Assembly: GCA_050118555.1 (NCBI GenBank)
Contig: JASFKQ010000001.1
Coordinates: 1,464-65,463, forward strand
Source of the DNA: Lysobacterales bacterium
GTDB taxonomy: Bacteria; Pseudomonadota; Gammaproteobacteria; Xanthomonadales; SZUA-36
Length of the DNA stretch: 64,000 bases
Reading direction: 5' to 3'
The position numbers and the translations under genes were made by a program. Positions within the stretch are counted from its first letter, which is position 1; every line of letters starts with the position of its first letter. A model generated the notes under the pieces. The model saw only the letters and a list, made by a program, of their open reading frames with translations, ran no database searches and was not told where the DNA came from. Shown here piece by piece: positions 48,213 through 57,058 of this stretch.

Positions 48213-48251
48213 GCCTGCCTATCCCGCCAGCCGGGTTTGGCTGGCTTCCCG
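48213..48251. repeat. 39-bp direct repeat, copy 2
   Basis: gcctgcctatcccgccagccgggtttggctggcttcccg. Immediately preceded (48198-48211) by an inverted copy of its own first 14 nt. Confidence 0.8.
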
Positions 48252-48356
48252 CGTAGGAGCCCGCTCTGCGGGCGATTGAAAGATCGCAACCCACACCTGA
48301 GCGCGCGATGCACGTGATGCCGGATACTGTTTCGCCCGCAGAGCGGGCTCCTACGC
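48251..48356. repeat. REP-like inverted pair: perfect 25-bp arms gcgtaggagcccgctctgcgggcga separated by 56 nt
   Basis: 48251-48275 is the exact reverse complement of 48332-48356. Each arm carries the gcccgc-tct-gcgggc mini-hairpin. The motif is shared with 28856-28874. Confidence 0.85.
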
Positions 48357-48433
48357 CTTCTGCCAGTCCGGGCGGGAAGGGGTAACGAAGAGCCAGGTCA
48401 CAGGACCGGTGCAGATGACCGGCGCCCGCCGGC

Positions 48434-49165
48434 CTATGCTCCCAGATCGCCGAACAACGCCTGCAGGATCGCTACCGCGGCCGGCGCTGCGGTCTCGGTA
48501 CGCAGGATGCGCCGTCCCAGCCGCACACCCCGAACACCACCGGCCAGGATGCGCTCATATTCACGATCGCTGAACCCGCCCTCCGGACCTATGGCCAGTT
48601 CGACCCGCTGCCCCGGGTCGAGCCGGGCCAACGATGCATCCGCCCCGGGATGCATGACGATACGCTGTCCCGCCCGATCGTTCGCCAGCCAGTCGTCCAG
48701 ATCCAGCGCCGGCAACACCTGCGGAACCACGGCGCGCCCGCTCTGCTCGCAAGCGGCCACCACCACGCCCCGCCAGTGGGCCATTCGCCGCTCCAGCTTG
48801 TCGCCCGACAGGCGGACCTCGACCCGCTCACTGAACAATGGCCGGAACGCGCTCGCCCCCAGCTCCGTGCATTTCTGCAAGGTCTGGTCCATGCGTTCGC
48901 CGCGGCTGATTGCCTGGGCAACCGTGATCATGAAATCGGGTTCGCGGACAGCGGGCAGGCGACTGCGCACCTCCAGGACCATCGAGTTCTTGCCCGGCCG
49001 CAACACGTCGGCTGCGTAGTCGTGGCCGTCACCGTTGAACAGGACCATGCTCTGCCCGGGCACCACCCGTAACACCCGGCCGAGGTAGTGTGCAGCCGGC
49101 CCCTCCAGGACCACTTCCGCGCCCGGTTCGAGATGCATTGCCGTATGTATTCGGATTATCCGCAC
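48434..49165 (-). CDS. rsmE: 16S rRNA (uracil1498-N3)-methyltransferase
   Basis: 243 aa from GTG 49165 (VRIIRIH...). Typical RsmE N-terminus and the C-terminal GPEGGFS motif. Confidence 0.82.
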   Translation of the reverse strand: MRIIRIHTAMHLEPGAEVVLEGPAAHYLGRVLRVVPGQSMVLFNGDGHDYAADVLRPGKNSMVLEVRSRLPAVREPDFMITVAQAISRGERMDQTLQKCTELGASAFRPLFSERVEVRLSGDKLERRMAHWRGVVVAACEQSGRAVVPQVLPALDLDDWLANDRAGQRIVMHPGADASLARLDPGQRVELAIGPEGGFSDREYERILAGGVRGVRLGRRILRTETAAPAAVAILQALFGDLGA

Positions 49166-49317
49166 TGAACATTCCCCCGGCCGCGCCGCCCGCGGCGCGC
49201 ACCCGGATCGTAACCAGGCCAAGAGTATATGAATGATCCGCAGAGGATGACACTCCCGGTCGGAAGGTGGGCCGCTCGGGCCTCGCCGGTTGTGGCCGCC
49301 GACGCCTGACCGGCGCC

Positions 49318-49337
49318 GCTGTCCGCATGCGGACAGC
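49318..49337. promoter_or_regulatory. Perfect 20-bp palindrome gctgtccgcatgcggacagc
   Basis: Lies in the divergent rsmE / IMPase-family gap, 49 nt upstream of ATG 49386. Could be an operator or a hairpin; function unknown. Confidence 0.3.
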
Positions 49338-49385
49338 CAACTTTGCTATCATTCCCCGAATCACCGAGCCCTGCAGAACACCGTC

Positions 49386-50153
49386 ATGGAAGCTTTCGTC
49401 CAGTCCGCGCTGGCGGCCGCCAAAGCCGCCGCCGAGGAAATTCTGCGCTGTTACCGCGGCGACTTCGAGGTCGAAGTCAAACCGGACCAGACCCCGGTTA
49501 CGGTGGCCGACCGCCGGGCCGAGGAAATCATCAAGGGCATGCTGCTTTCCACCTATCCCGATCACGGTTTCTACGGGGAGGAGAGCGGCAAGGAACAGGC
49601 CGGCGCGGATTACCTGTGGCTGGTAGACCCGATCGACGGCACCAAGAGCTTCGTGGGAGGCTTCGGCATGTTCTCGACCCAGATCGCCCTGATGCGGCGG
49701 GGACAACTGGTGCTCGGGGTATCTTCGGCTCCGGCGGCGAACGAAATCGCCTGGGCTGCGCAGGGCATGGGCGCCTGGCTGGACGGCAAACCGCTGCACG
49801 TGAGCGGCAAGGACCGGCTGGAAGAGGCGTCGATTTCAACAGGCAACCTGCGCAGCCTGGCGCGCTCCCCACGGTGGTCGGCCCTCGGCGAGATACTCTC
49901 GGTGGCCGACCGCACCCGTGGCTACGGGGACTACTATCATTATCACCGGCTGGCGGCCGGTCAGCTGGATGCGGTGATCGAATCCGACGTCAACATCCTC
50001 GACATCGCCGCGCTCAGCGTGATCGTGTGCGAAGCCGGTGGTGTCTTCACGGACCTGGAAGGCCGGCCTCCCGGACTCGGCACGACTTCCGTACTCGCGG
50101 CCACTCCGGGCCTGCATGGCCAGCTTCTGCAAATACTTCGGAAAGAGGCCTGA
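49386..50153 (+). CDS. Inositol-monophosphatase-family phosphatase (SuhB/HisN-like)
   Basis: 255 aa from ATG 49386. TPVTVADRRAEE, WLVDPIDGTKSF and WDIAAL-like (LDIAALSV) motifs. Confidence 0.8.
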   Translation: MEAFVQSALAAAKAAAEEILRCYRGDFEVEVKPDQTPVTVADRRAEEIIKGMLLSTYPDHGFYGEESGKEQAGADYLWLVDPIDGTKSFVGGFGMFSTQIALMRRGQLVLGVSSAPAANEIAWAAQGMGAWLDGKPLHVSGKDRLEEASISTGNLRSLARSPRWSALGEILSVADRTRGYGDYYHYHRLAAGQLDAVIESDVNILDIAALSVIVCEAGGVFTDLEGRPPGLGTTSVLAATPGLHGQLLQILRKEA

Positions 50154-50165
50154 CGGACGCGCGAT

Positions 50166-50759
50166 ATGAGTAAAGGTTCTACGAAAATCCCCGGCCCGCG
50201 TCCACTGCCCGTGGTGCATGAGCGACTCGACCGGGACGCCGGCGGCATGTTCGAGGCCGAGCGCCTCGACCTGGAATTTTCCAACGGGGAGCGGCGAATC
50301 TACTACCGGCTCAAGACTCGGGGCCTGGGCGCGGTCATCATCGTACCCATGCTGGACGATCAAACGGTCCTGCTGGCCCGGGAATACGCAGCAGGACTCC
50401 ACCATTACGAGATCGGGCTGCCCAAGGGCCGCCTGGAGGCAGGTGAAACCGTCATGGAAGCCGCCCAGCGTGAGATGAAAGAAGAGATCGGCTACGGCGC
50501 CCATCGGCTGGTGCAGCTGACTTCGCTCAGCCTGGCCCCCGGATACATGACGCATGTCACGCATATCGTGCTGGCGCGCGATCTGTACCCCGAGAAACTC
50601 GAAGGAGATGAACCCGAGGAACTCGAAGTCATCCCCTGGCCGATCGGCGACCTGCGCAGCCTCACCGCGCGCGAGGACTGCACCGAGGGTCGCACCATCG
50701 CCGCGCTCTACATGGCGCGGGATTACCTGAACGCGGAGAGCGGGCGTGGCCGGACCTGA
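50166..50759 (+). CDS. nudE: ADP-compounds hydrolase NudE (Nudix)
   Basis: Nudix box GRLEAGETVMEAAQREMKEEIGY. Conserved nudE-cysQ adjacency. Confidence 0.8.
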   Translation: MSKGSTKIPGPRPLPVVHERLDRDAGGMFEAERLDLEFSNGERRIYYRLKTRGLGAVIIVPMLDDQTVLLAREYAAGLHHYEIGLPKGRLEAGETVMEAAQREMKEEIGYGAHRLVQLTSLSLAPGYMTHVTHIVLARDLYPEKLEGDEPEELEVIPWPIGDLRSLTAREDCTEGRTIAALYMARDYLNAESGRGRT

Positions 50760-51561
50760 CCTGGAACGCCTGGCCAGGAATGCCACGGCGATCGCGATCG
50801 AGGCCGGGCAGGCCATTCTCGAAGTCTACGCCCGGGACTTCGAAGTCGTCGCAAAGGCAGACCAGACGCCGCTGACCCAGGCCGATCTGGCGAGCCACCA
50901 CATCATCTGCGACGCGCTGGGCCGGTTGACGCCGGACATCCCGCTGCTGTCCGAGGAATCCGCCGACATCGACTTCGCGACCCGGTCGACCTGGCAGCGC
51001 TACTGGCTGATCGACCCGCTCGACGGCACCAGGGAATTCGTCAGCCGCAACGGGGAGTTTACGGTCAACATCGCCCTCATCGACGACCATGAGCCCGTGC
51101 TGGGCATCGTCCATGTGCCCGTGACGGGCGTGACCTACACGGGCGTCCGCGGCGTGGGCGCCACGCGGAGTTCCCCGGCCGAGGGAATTCGCAACATCCA
51201 CGTGCGACAGCCGTGCGGCGATCCGGCGGTCATCGTCGGCAGCCGGTCGCACGCCAATCCCGAGCTGGAAAGGTATCTGCGCCCCCTCCGCCATGAACTC
51301 GTGAGCATGGGCAGCTCCCTGAAATTCTGCCTGCTGGCGGAAGGAAAAGCGGACTTCTACCCGCGCCTGGGACCGACTTCCGAGTGGGACACCGCGGCCG
51401 CCCATGCCGTGGTGTCGGCGGCGGGAGGGCGTATCGTCAGGCTCGACGGGAGTCCGCTCCGGTACAATACGAAGGAGTCGCTGCTGAACCCGGAATTCCT
51501 GGTCATTGCGGACCCCGCGCGCGACTGGCTCTCGCTGTTTCAGGGCTATGAATCAACCTGA
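50746..51561 (+). CDS. cysQ: 3'(2'),5'-bisphosphate nucleotidase
   Basis: GTG start overlapping the nudE end. TPLTQADLASH, WLIDPLDGTREF and WDTAAAHAV. Confidence 0.85.
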   Translation: MAGPDLERLARNATAIAIEAGQAILEVYARDFEVVAKADQTPLTQADLASHHIICDALGRLTPDIPLLSEESADIDFATRSTWQRYWLIDPLDGTREFVSRNGEFTVNIALIDDHEPVLGIVHVPVTGVTYTGVRGVGATRSSPAEGIRNIHVRQPCGDPAVIVGSRSHANPELERYLRPLRHELVSMGSSLKFCLLAEGKADFYPRLGPTSEWDTAAAHAVVSAAGGRIVRLDGSPLRYNTKESLLNPEFLVIADPARDWLSLFQGYEST

Positions 51562-51575
51562 GAACGCTTCGGCCC

Positions 51576-51605
51576 TTGACGGCGCGGCGCGGCGCAATGT
51601 ATAAC
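51576..51605 (+). promoter_or_regulatory. Candidate sigma-70 promoter TTGACG-N18-TATAAC
   Basis: -35 at 51576-51581 and -10 at 51600-51605, 15 nt after the cysQ stop. Recognised by eye only. Confidence 0.4.
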
Positions 51606-51611
51606 CTGCTG

Positions 51612-51702
51612 CAGTTCTGGGGTCTTGCCGAATAACGACAACCAAAAACCAGACAAAAACAAGCAGAACGTGCAGGAAATAAGCGGCTTCGGCCGCTTTT
51701 TT
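51612..51702 (+). ncRNA. Candidate small RNA or cis-acting leader (~90 nt) ending in a strong intrinsic terminator
   Basis: Bounded by the promoter above and the terminator 51681-51702. 51609-51619 (ctgcagttctg) pairs with 51664-51675 (cagaacgtgcag, 1-nt bulge) around an A/C-rich loop: aataacgacaaccaaaaaccagacaaaaacaag. Confidence 0.3.
51681..51702 (+). terminator. Rho-independent terminator aagcggc-ttcg-gccgctt + TTTT
   Basis: 7-bp GC-rich stem, UUCG tetraloop, and a T run through 51702. Confidence 0.7.
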
Positions 51703-51851
51703 GTCATTCAGGGCAGGAGGCTGCAGCCATCAAGCCGGGCGCACCGCGAAGACTTTTCTCCAGGATCGGTTTCGCCGAAGCCCTGCTGCTGACCCTGGCC
51801 ATCGGCTCCGCACTGCTCTTCGTCGTCTGGCAACTGGCATCGGCGCCGGTT

Positions 51852-52454
51852 GTGCCGAAGGTCGGGGAATTACAAAGCCAGGTCGATTTCCTGTCCGGGG
51901 AACTTGGCTCGGTCACGGACAGGCTGAACCGCTCCCAGGCGCGGCTGGCGGTGCTGGAACGTGAGTCCGAGGTCATGCGCCGCGCCAATGATCTTCTGCG
52001 TGAACAGGAGAGCGAACGGCAGGCGGAACTCAACCGCCTGAACGCCGAGCTGGATTTTTATCGTCGGCTGGCGGGTACGGGCGGCGCGCAGACGGGCCTC
52101 GACGTGTACCGGGTCGAACTGACCCCCACGGATTCGGGCCGCGTGTACCAGTTCGTGCTGACGCTCACCCAGAACATTCGTCGAGCCTCCATCGTCACCG
52201 GCAGGGTGCGCATCGACATCGAGGGTGTGCTGGGCGACCGCCCGGTGAAGCTCTACTGGTCGGAGGTCAGTGACGGCGACACACCCGAGCCATCGTTCCG
52301 GTTCAAGTATTTTCAGCAGCTCGAAGGCTATCTCACGCTGCCGGAAGACTTCAGCCCGACACGCCTGGTTGTCACCCTGGAACGCAAAGGTCACAAGGAG
52401 CCGGTTGTACGGGATTTCGACTGGTCCGGCTTGCTCGCCGCCGACACCGATTGA
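51852..52454 (+). CDS. Conserved hypothetical coiled-coil protein upstream of erpA; probably longer at the N-terminus
   Basis: 200 aa from the first canonical start (GTG 51852). The frame stays open upstream to 51636 and encodes a TM helix (FAEALLLTLAIGSALLFVVWQLA). GGAGG at 51716-51720 lies 8 nt before an in-frame ATC at 51729. The family may be DUF6776, which I am unsure of. Confidence 0.6.
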   Translation: MPKVGELQSQVDFLSGELGSVTDRLNRSQARLAVLERESEVMRRANDLLREQESERQAELNRLNAELDFYRRLAGTGGAQTGLDVYRVELTPTDSGRVYQFVLTLTQNIRRASIVTGRVRIDIEGVLGDRPVKLYWSEVSDGDTPEPSFRFKYFQQLEGYLTLPEDFSPTRLVVTLERKGHKEPVVRDFDWSGLLAADTD

Positions 52455-52486
52455 AATTGGGTACCGGCGGCTCCATCATAGAGCCC

Positions 52487-52858
52487 ATGGAACATACCGA
52501 AGACATCGTTGAAGCCGGCCCCGGGCCCATGCCCGGACTGGTGTTTACCGACGCAGCCGCACGCAAGGTCCAGCAGCTGGTCCTGGAGGAGGGAAATCCC
52601 TCATTGATGCTACGCGTCTATATCAGCGGCGGCGGGTGTTCCGGCTTCCAGTACGGTTTTTCCTTTGACGAGGAACGCGCGGAGGATGACGTTGCGATCG
52701 ACAACGACGGGGTCATCCTGCTGGTCGACCCGCTGAGCTTTCAGTACCTGATGGGTGCCGAAGTGGACTACACCGAGAGCCTCCAGGGCGCCCAGTTCGT
52801 GATCCGCAATCCGAACGCAACCACGACCTGCGGCTGCGGCTCGTCCTTCTCGATCTGA
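52487..52858 (+). CDS. erpA: Iron-sulfur cluster insertion protein ErpA (A-type carrier)
   Basis: [24 protein letters not shown] and the C-terminal CGCGSSF. Confidence 0.9.
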   Translation: MEHTEDIVEAGPGPMPGLVFTDAAARKVQQLVLEEGNPSLMLRVYISGGGCSGFQYGFSFDEERAEDDVAIDNDGVILLVDPLSFQYLMGAEVDYTESLQGAQFVIRNPNATTTCGCGSSFSI

Positions 52859-52863
52859 TCGCG

Positions 52864-53868
52864 GTGACTGCGCTCGACCTGAGCATCGACCGCATCACGC
52901 CCTCGCACGACAATCTTTTTACCTCGGTTCGGCTGGACCGGCTTGTCGAGTACCGTGACCGGCCCGATTGGGTGGCCGCAGCGGCTGAGTCCGCCGAAGC
53001 ACGCTTCGTGCCCTTGTGGCGGAACCGATGCCTGCTTGCAGGCGACCCGGGTGAACAGGTCGCCGTGTACCTGGAACCGGGCGATCTCGACCGTCTCGAC
53101 AGTATCCAGCCACCCACCTTGCTGGGCACCGACGGCAAGCGATTCTTTTTCGCCGTCTCGATCAATGACGCCCAGCGCGACGAAGTCCTGGCGCAGCACC
53201 CCGAGGCGCGGTTTCTGGACCTGAGGCTGGCGTCCATCGACATGGACGCCAAGCACGCGGGCGTCCTCGCTTACGCCAAAGCCCTGCACTACTGGCAACA
53301 TCGCCACAGCTTCTGCGGCGTCTGTGGCGATGCCAACCGCCTGGAATCAGCGGGGCACAAGATGGTGTGCAGCAACGAGGAATGCGGCAGGCAGTCATTC
53401 CCCCGCATCGATCCCGCCATCATCGTGCTGGTCACCGAGGGCGATGCGGCCCTGCTGGGTCGCAACACGACCTGGCCGCCCAGGCGGTTTTCGACCCTGG
53501 CGGGTTTCGTCGAGCCCGGCGAAAGCCTGGAGGACGCCGTGGTCCGGGAAGTCTACGAGGAAGCCAGGGTTCGGCTGCGTGGGATTCGCTACCTGTCCTC
53601 CCAGCCCTGGCCTTTTCCCGCATCCGCGATGTGCGGCTTTCATGCCGAGGCGCAGTCACGGGAATGCGCCGTCAGCGATGAAATGGAAGAGTTGCGCTGG
53701 CTCACCGCCGGGGAAATCACGAAGGGGCTGGAGACTGACGAGATCCGGCTGCCGCCGCCCGTCTCCATCGCCTTCCGCCTCATCGCCGGCTGGTATCAGG
53801 AGCAGTGCGCCGGAGACCTGGAGCCGCTGTTGCGGCGATCCGGACAGTGGGCGGGCCGGCCGACGTGA
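52864..53868 (+). CDS. nudC: NAD+ diphosphatase (NADH pyrophosphatase) NudC
   Basis: Zinc ribbon CGVCG...CSNEECG, Nudix box GFVEPGESLEDAVVREVYEEARV, and the SQPWPFP motif. GTG start. Confidence 0.85.
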   Translation: MTALDLSIDRITPSHDNLFTSVRLDRLVEYRDRPDWVAAAAESAEARFVPLWRNRCLLAGDPGEQVAVYLEPGDLDRLDSIQPPTLLGTDGKRFFFAVSINDAQRDEVLAQHPEARFLDLRLASIDMDAKHAGVLAYAKALHYWQHRHSFCGVCGDANRLESAGHKMVCSNEECGRQSFPRIDPAIIVLVTEGDAALLGRNTTWPPRRFSTLAGFVEPGESLEDAVVREVYEEARVRLRGIRYLSSQPWPFPASAMCGFHAEAQSRECAVSDEMEELRWLTAGEITKGLETDEIRLPPPVSIAFRLIAGWYQEQCAGDLEPLLRRSGQWAGRPT

Positions 53869-53961
53869 CTACGCCGTCCCTGTTTTTACGGGTTTGCGTG
53901 GTCTGATAGAATCGACGTTTGAACCGCCGCCGCCGCGGCCTTCACGAGGGACCGACCGCGA

Positions 53962-54849
53962 ATGACCATCATCGCCATCCTGCTCGCCTTCGCGCTGTGC
54001 CACTTCGTCCGTGAACTGGGCCGGGTGCGGAGCAACCGCTGGCTACGTGGCTGGATCGACTTCAGCCAGGACGCGTTCGGCCGGCTCCCCGGCTGGCAGG
54101 ACCTGCTCGGCTTCCTGGTGATGCTGGCGGTACCACTGGTGGTGCTGCTCCTTATCGACCGGGTGCTGGTATCGGCCATGGGTGCGACCGGCTCGTTTCT
54201 GCTGGCGCTCGTGGTGTTGATTTACAGCTTCGGGCCACGCGATCTCGATACGGATGTCGCGGAAATCATCGAGTCCGATGAGGACGAATCCGAGGACGGC
54301 AATGCTTCTCTCGAGGCCCTGCTCGGCCAGCCGGTTCCCGATGATCCCGACGCGACTCGGCAGAAAGCGATTGAGGCGGTGTTCAGGGAAGCTCTGCACC
54401 GCTGGTTCGGGGTCATCTTCTGGTTCGCGGTACTCGGTATCGCGGGCGCATTCCTGTACCGCATGGTCGGCTGGCTGGTCAGCGAAGACTTCGAACTCGC
54501 AGAGGAGCAGAAACAATTGTTCATCCGCCTGCAGCAGATCATGGATTGGCCGGCGGCGCAGCTGATGACGCTGGCCCTGGCGATCGCCACCGACTTCGAT
54601 TCGGTGTTTCGCGCCTGGAAGCAGTACCACGACGAACAGGGCCACGGGCTGCTGGAGGGCGATAATGGCTTCCTTCTCGCCAGCGCACGAACCATCATTC
54701 TGACCGGCCACGCCGCCCGGGACGGCTACGCCGACCAGTTGCACGGCCACATGGTATGCCTGCAACAGGCCATGGATCTGACCTGGCGGGTGCTGGGTGT
54801 CTGGCTAACGGTGCTGGCGCTCCTGCTACTGATTGGCGTCATCGTCTGA
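53962..54849 (+). CDS. AmpE-like inner-membrane protein (CobD/CbiB superfamily)
   Basis: 295 aa. Opening MTIIAILLAFALCHF and blocks WFGVIFWFAVLGIAGAFLYR and IMDWPAAQLMTLALAI parallel E. coli AmpE. No ampD nearby. Confidence 0.55.
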   Translation: MTIIAILLAFALCHFVRELGRVRSNRWLRGWIDFSQDAFGRLPGWQDLLGFLVMLAVPLVVLLLIDRVLVSAMGATGSFLLALVVLIYSFGPRDLDTDVAEIIESDEDESEDGNASLEALLGQPVPDDPDATRQKAIEAVFREALHRWFGVIFWFAVLGIAGAFLYRMVGWLVSEDFELAEEQKQLFIRLQQIMDWPAAQLMTLALAIATDFDSVFRAWKQYHDEQGHGLLEGDNGFLLASARTIILTGHAARDGYADQLHGHMVCLQQAMDLTWRVLGVWLTVLALLLLIGVIV

Positions 54850-54875
54850 ACCGTGCGCCGTACAGTCGACGGCGG

Positions 54876-55787
54876 ATGCGCGTCGTGACCATCCACCGAA
54901 TCCGCTTGTGCCTGTGCCTGGCGTTTCTCCTGCTGGCGCTTGACCCGGCCGCTGTCTTTGCCGAAATCGAGCTGACCCAGGCCGATGGCGGCGTCCTGGA
55001 ACTGCCGGGTCCGGCGAACCGGATCGTCACCTTGTCGCCCCATCTAACCGAGCTGGTCTTCGCCGCCGGCGCCGGCGCCCGGATCGTCGCCACAGTGGCC
55101 TTCAGCGAATACCCGGCCGCCGCCGCCGACATTCCGCGCGTGGGCGACGCGTTCCGGCTCGACATCGAGCGCATCGTGTCTCTGAAACCGGACCTGGTCA
55201 TCGCCTGGCAGTCCGGGAACCCGCAGGCGGCCGTGGCCCAGCTGGGCGCGTTGGACATCGCGGTCTGGTCGGTCGAGATCCGCGAGCCCGCGGAGATCCC
55301 CGGCGCAGTCGAGGCGATCGGTCGCGCGGCGGATACCGCTCCGGCCGCGCAACGGGAGGCGGACATGCTGCGCCGCCGGCTGGCCAGTCTCTCCACGCGG
55401 TACCGTGGAGCGGAACGCGTGGATTATTTTTACCAGGTGGACGCCAAGCCCCTGTTCACCATCAGCGGAAAACACCTGATCAGCAAGGGCCTGGACCTGT
55501 GCGGGGGGCGCAATGTCTTCGCGGATGAATCCGGACTCGCTTTCCAGGTCTCGCACGAGTCGGTGATCGTGGCGGACCCGGCCGCGATCCTGGCGCCGTC
55601 GGGACAGGGGCTGCCGGATCCGCTCGCCGCGTGGCGTGCCTGGCCGGCCCTTCGCGCGGTACGACAGAACGCCCTGTTCCTGCTGCCCGCAGACGAAATC
55701 AGCCGCGCGACGCCGCGTTTCCTGGATGCGCTGGAAATCGCCTGCGTCCGGCTTGACGGTGTCAGGAAGGGGGAGAGCCATGGCTGA
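54876..55787 (+). CDS. Periplasmic BtuF-like (cluster A/class 8) substrate-binding protein
   Basis: 303 aa from ATG 54876. Signal peptide. RIVTLSPHLTELVFAAGAG...PDLVIAW is typical of cobalamin/siderophore-type SBPs. No ABC permease or ATPase in the window. Confidence 0.7.
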   Translation: MRVVTIHRIRLCLCLAFLLLALDPAAVFAEIELTQADGGVLELPGPANRIVTLSPHLTELVFAAGAGARIVATVAFSEYPAAAADIPRVGDAFRLDIERIVSLKPDLVIAWQSGNPQAAVAQLGALDIAVWSVEIREPAEIPGAVEAIGRAADTAPAAQREADMLRRRLASLSTRYRGAERVDYFYQVDAKPLFTISGKHLISKGLDLCGGRNVFADESGLAFQVSHESVIVADPAAILAPSGQGLPDPLAAWRAWPALRAVRQNALFLLPADEISRATPRFLDALEIACVRLDGVRKGESHG

Positions 55788-57000
55788 GCCGCTGATCACC
55801 TCGCCGGCTGGCGTGATGTCCGTTTTGATCGCCGTCGTCAGCTTCTGGTTCTGGCTCGAAAAGAAGAGCGGCTGGAAACTGTTCAACTTCCTGCCGCCGC
55901 TGATATTCATCTACGCCAGTCCGGTCCTGCTCTCCAATGCCGGCCTCATTCCTCACGAAAACGCGGCCTACGACTTCCTGCGCCATTACGGTCTGCCCGT
56001 GTTCATCTGCCTGATGCTCATCAAGGTGGATATCACCGGGGCCGTGAAGATCATGGGCAAGGGGGTGTTCGTGATGCTGATCGGCAGCGTCGGCGTGGTA
56101 TTGGGCGGATTCCTCGCCTTTTCGCTCGGGCAGCAGCTCAGCACGCCGGAAAGCTGGCCGGTGCATTTTCCCCTGCCCGAAGACAGCTGGAAGGCCTTTG
56201 GCACGTTGGCCGGCAGCTGGATCGGCGGCACCGGCAACATGACCGCCGCCCACGCCGCACTCGACGGTGGCGCGAGCCACCTCACGATGGCCGCCGCGGC
56301 GGACCAGATGGTTTACCTCGTCTGGCTGCCCTTGCTGCTCGGGTCGCGGGCCTTCGCGGCCCAGTTCAACCGCTGGATGAAGGTGCCGGAGAACCGCCTG
56401 CGACGGATGGAACAGGCCGCCGCCGCCAGCGCGGTCAAGGAACCCGTGCCCTCGATGACACACCTGCTCGCCCTGGCGCTGATCGCGCTTTCCTTCACAT
56501 GGGTATCGCTGGAGCTGTCGGAAGTCCTCCCCCCGGTCGCCATCGGCGGAGCGACCGTGATCAGCGCGGGCACCTGGCTGATCCTGCTGGTGACCACGCT
56601 GGCGCTGGCGGCATCGGCCACCCCGGCCCGAAAGATCCCCGGCGCGCACCCGATCGCGATGGCCATTATCTATGTCTACGTGGCGCGCATCGGGGCCACG
56701 ATGGATTTGAGCAACGCCAGCCTGGAGGCCATGGGCGCATTCGTCCTGATGGCATATGCCTGGATCGCGATCCACGGCCTGTTCATACTCGCCGGCGCCT
56801 GGCTGTTCCGGGTGGATGTGCATACCCTGGCGATCGCGTCGGCTGCAAACATCGGTGGCGCGGCCTCAGCCCCCATCGTGGCCGCGCATCACCGGGAATC
56901 CCTGGTGCCGGCCTCCATCCTCATGGCGATGATCGGTTACGCGCTCGGCAACTACCTCGCCATCCTGACCGGTCGCCTCGGACAGCTGCTGGTCGCCTGA
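55780..57000 (+). CDS. DUF819-family polytopic membrane protein
   Basis: 406 aa from ATG 55780, overlapping the SBP gene by 8 nt. About 10-12 TM helices. LPPLIFIYASPVLLSNAGLIP resembles the DUF819 N-terminus as recalled. Confidence 0.6.
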   Translation: MAEPLITSPAGVMSVLIAVVSFWFWLEKKSGWKLFNFLPPLIFIYASPVLLSNAGLIPHENAAYDFLRHYGLPVFICLMLIKVDITGAVKIMGKGVFVMLIGSVGVVLGGFLAFSLGQQLSTPESWPVHFPLPEDSWKAFGTLAGSWIGGTGNMTAAHAALDGGASHLTMAAAADQMVYLVWLPLLLGSRAFAAQFNRWMKVPENRLRRMEQAAAASAVKEPVPSMTHLLALALIALSFTWVSLELSEVLPPVAIGGATVISAGTWLILLVTTLALAASATPARKIPGAHPIAMAIIYVYVARIGATMDLSNASLEAMGAFVLMAYAWIAIHGLFILAGAWLFRVDVHTLAIASAANIGGAASAPIVAAHHRESLVPASILMAMIGYALGNYLAILTGRLGQLLVA

Positions 57001-57058
57001 AGCCGGGTTGACGCTGTAAACGCCGGTTCATTGACCCGGGACAGGGCGCCCGCGCGCC

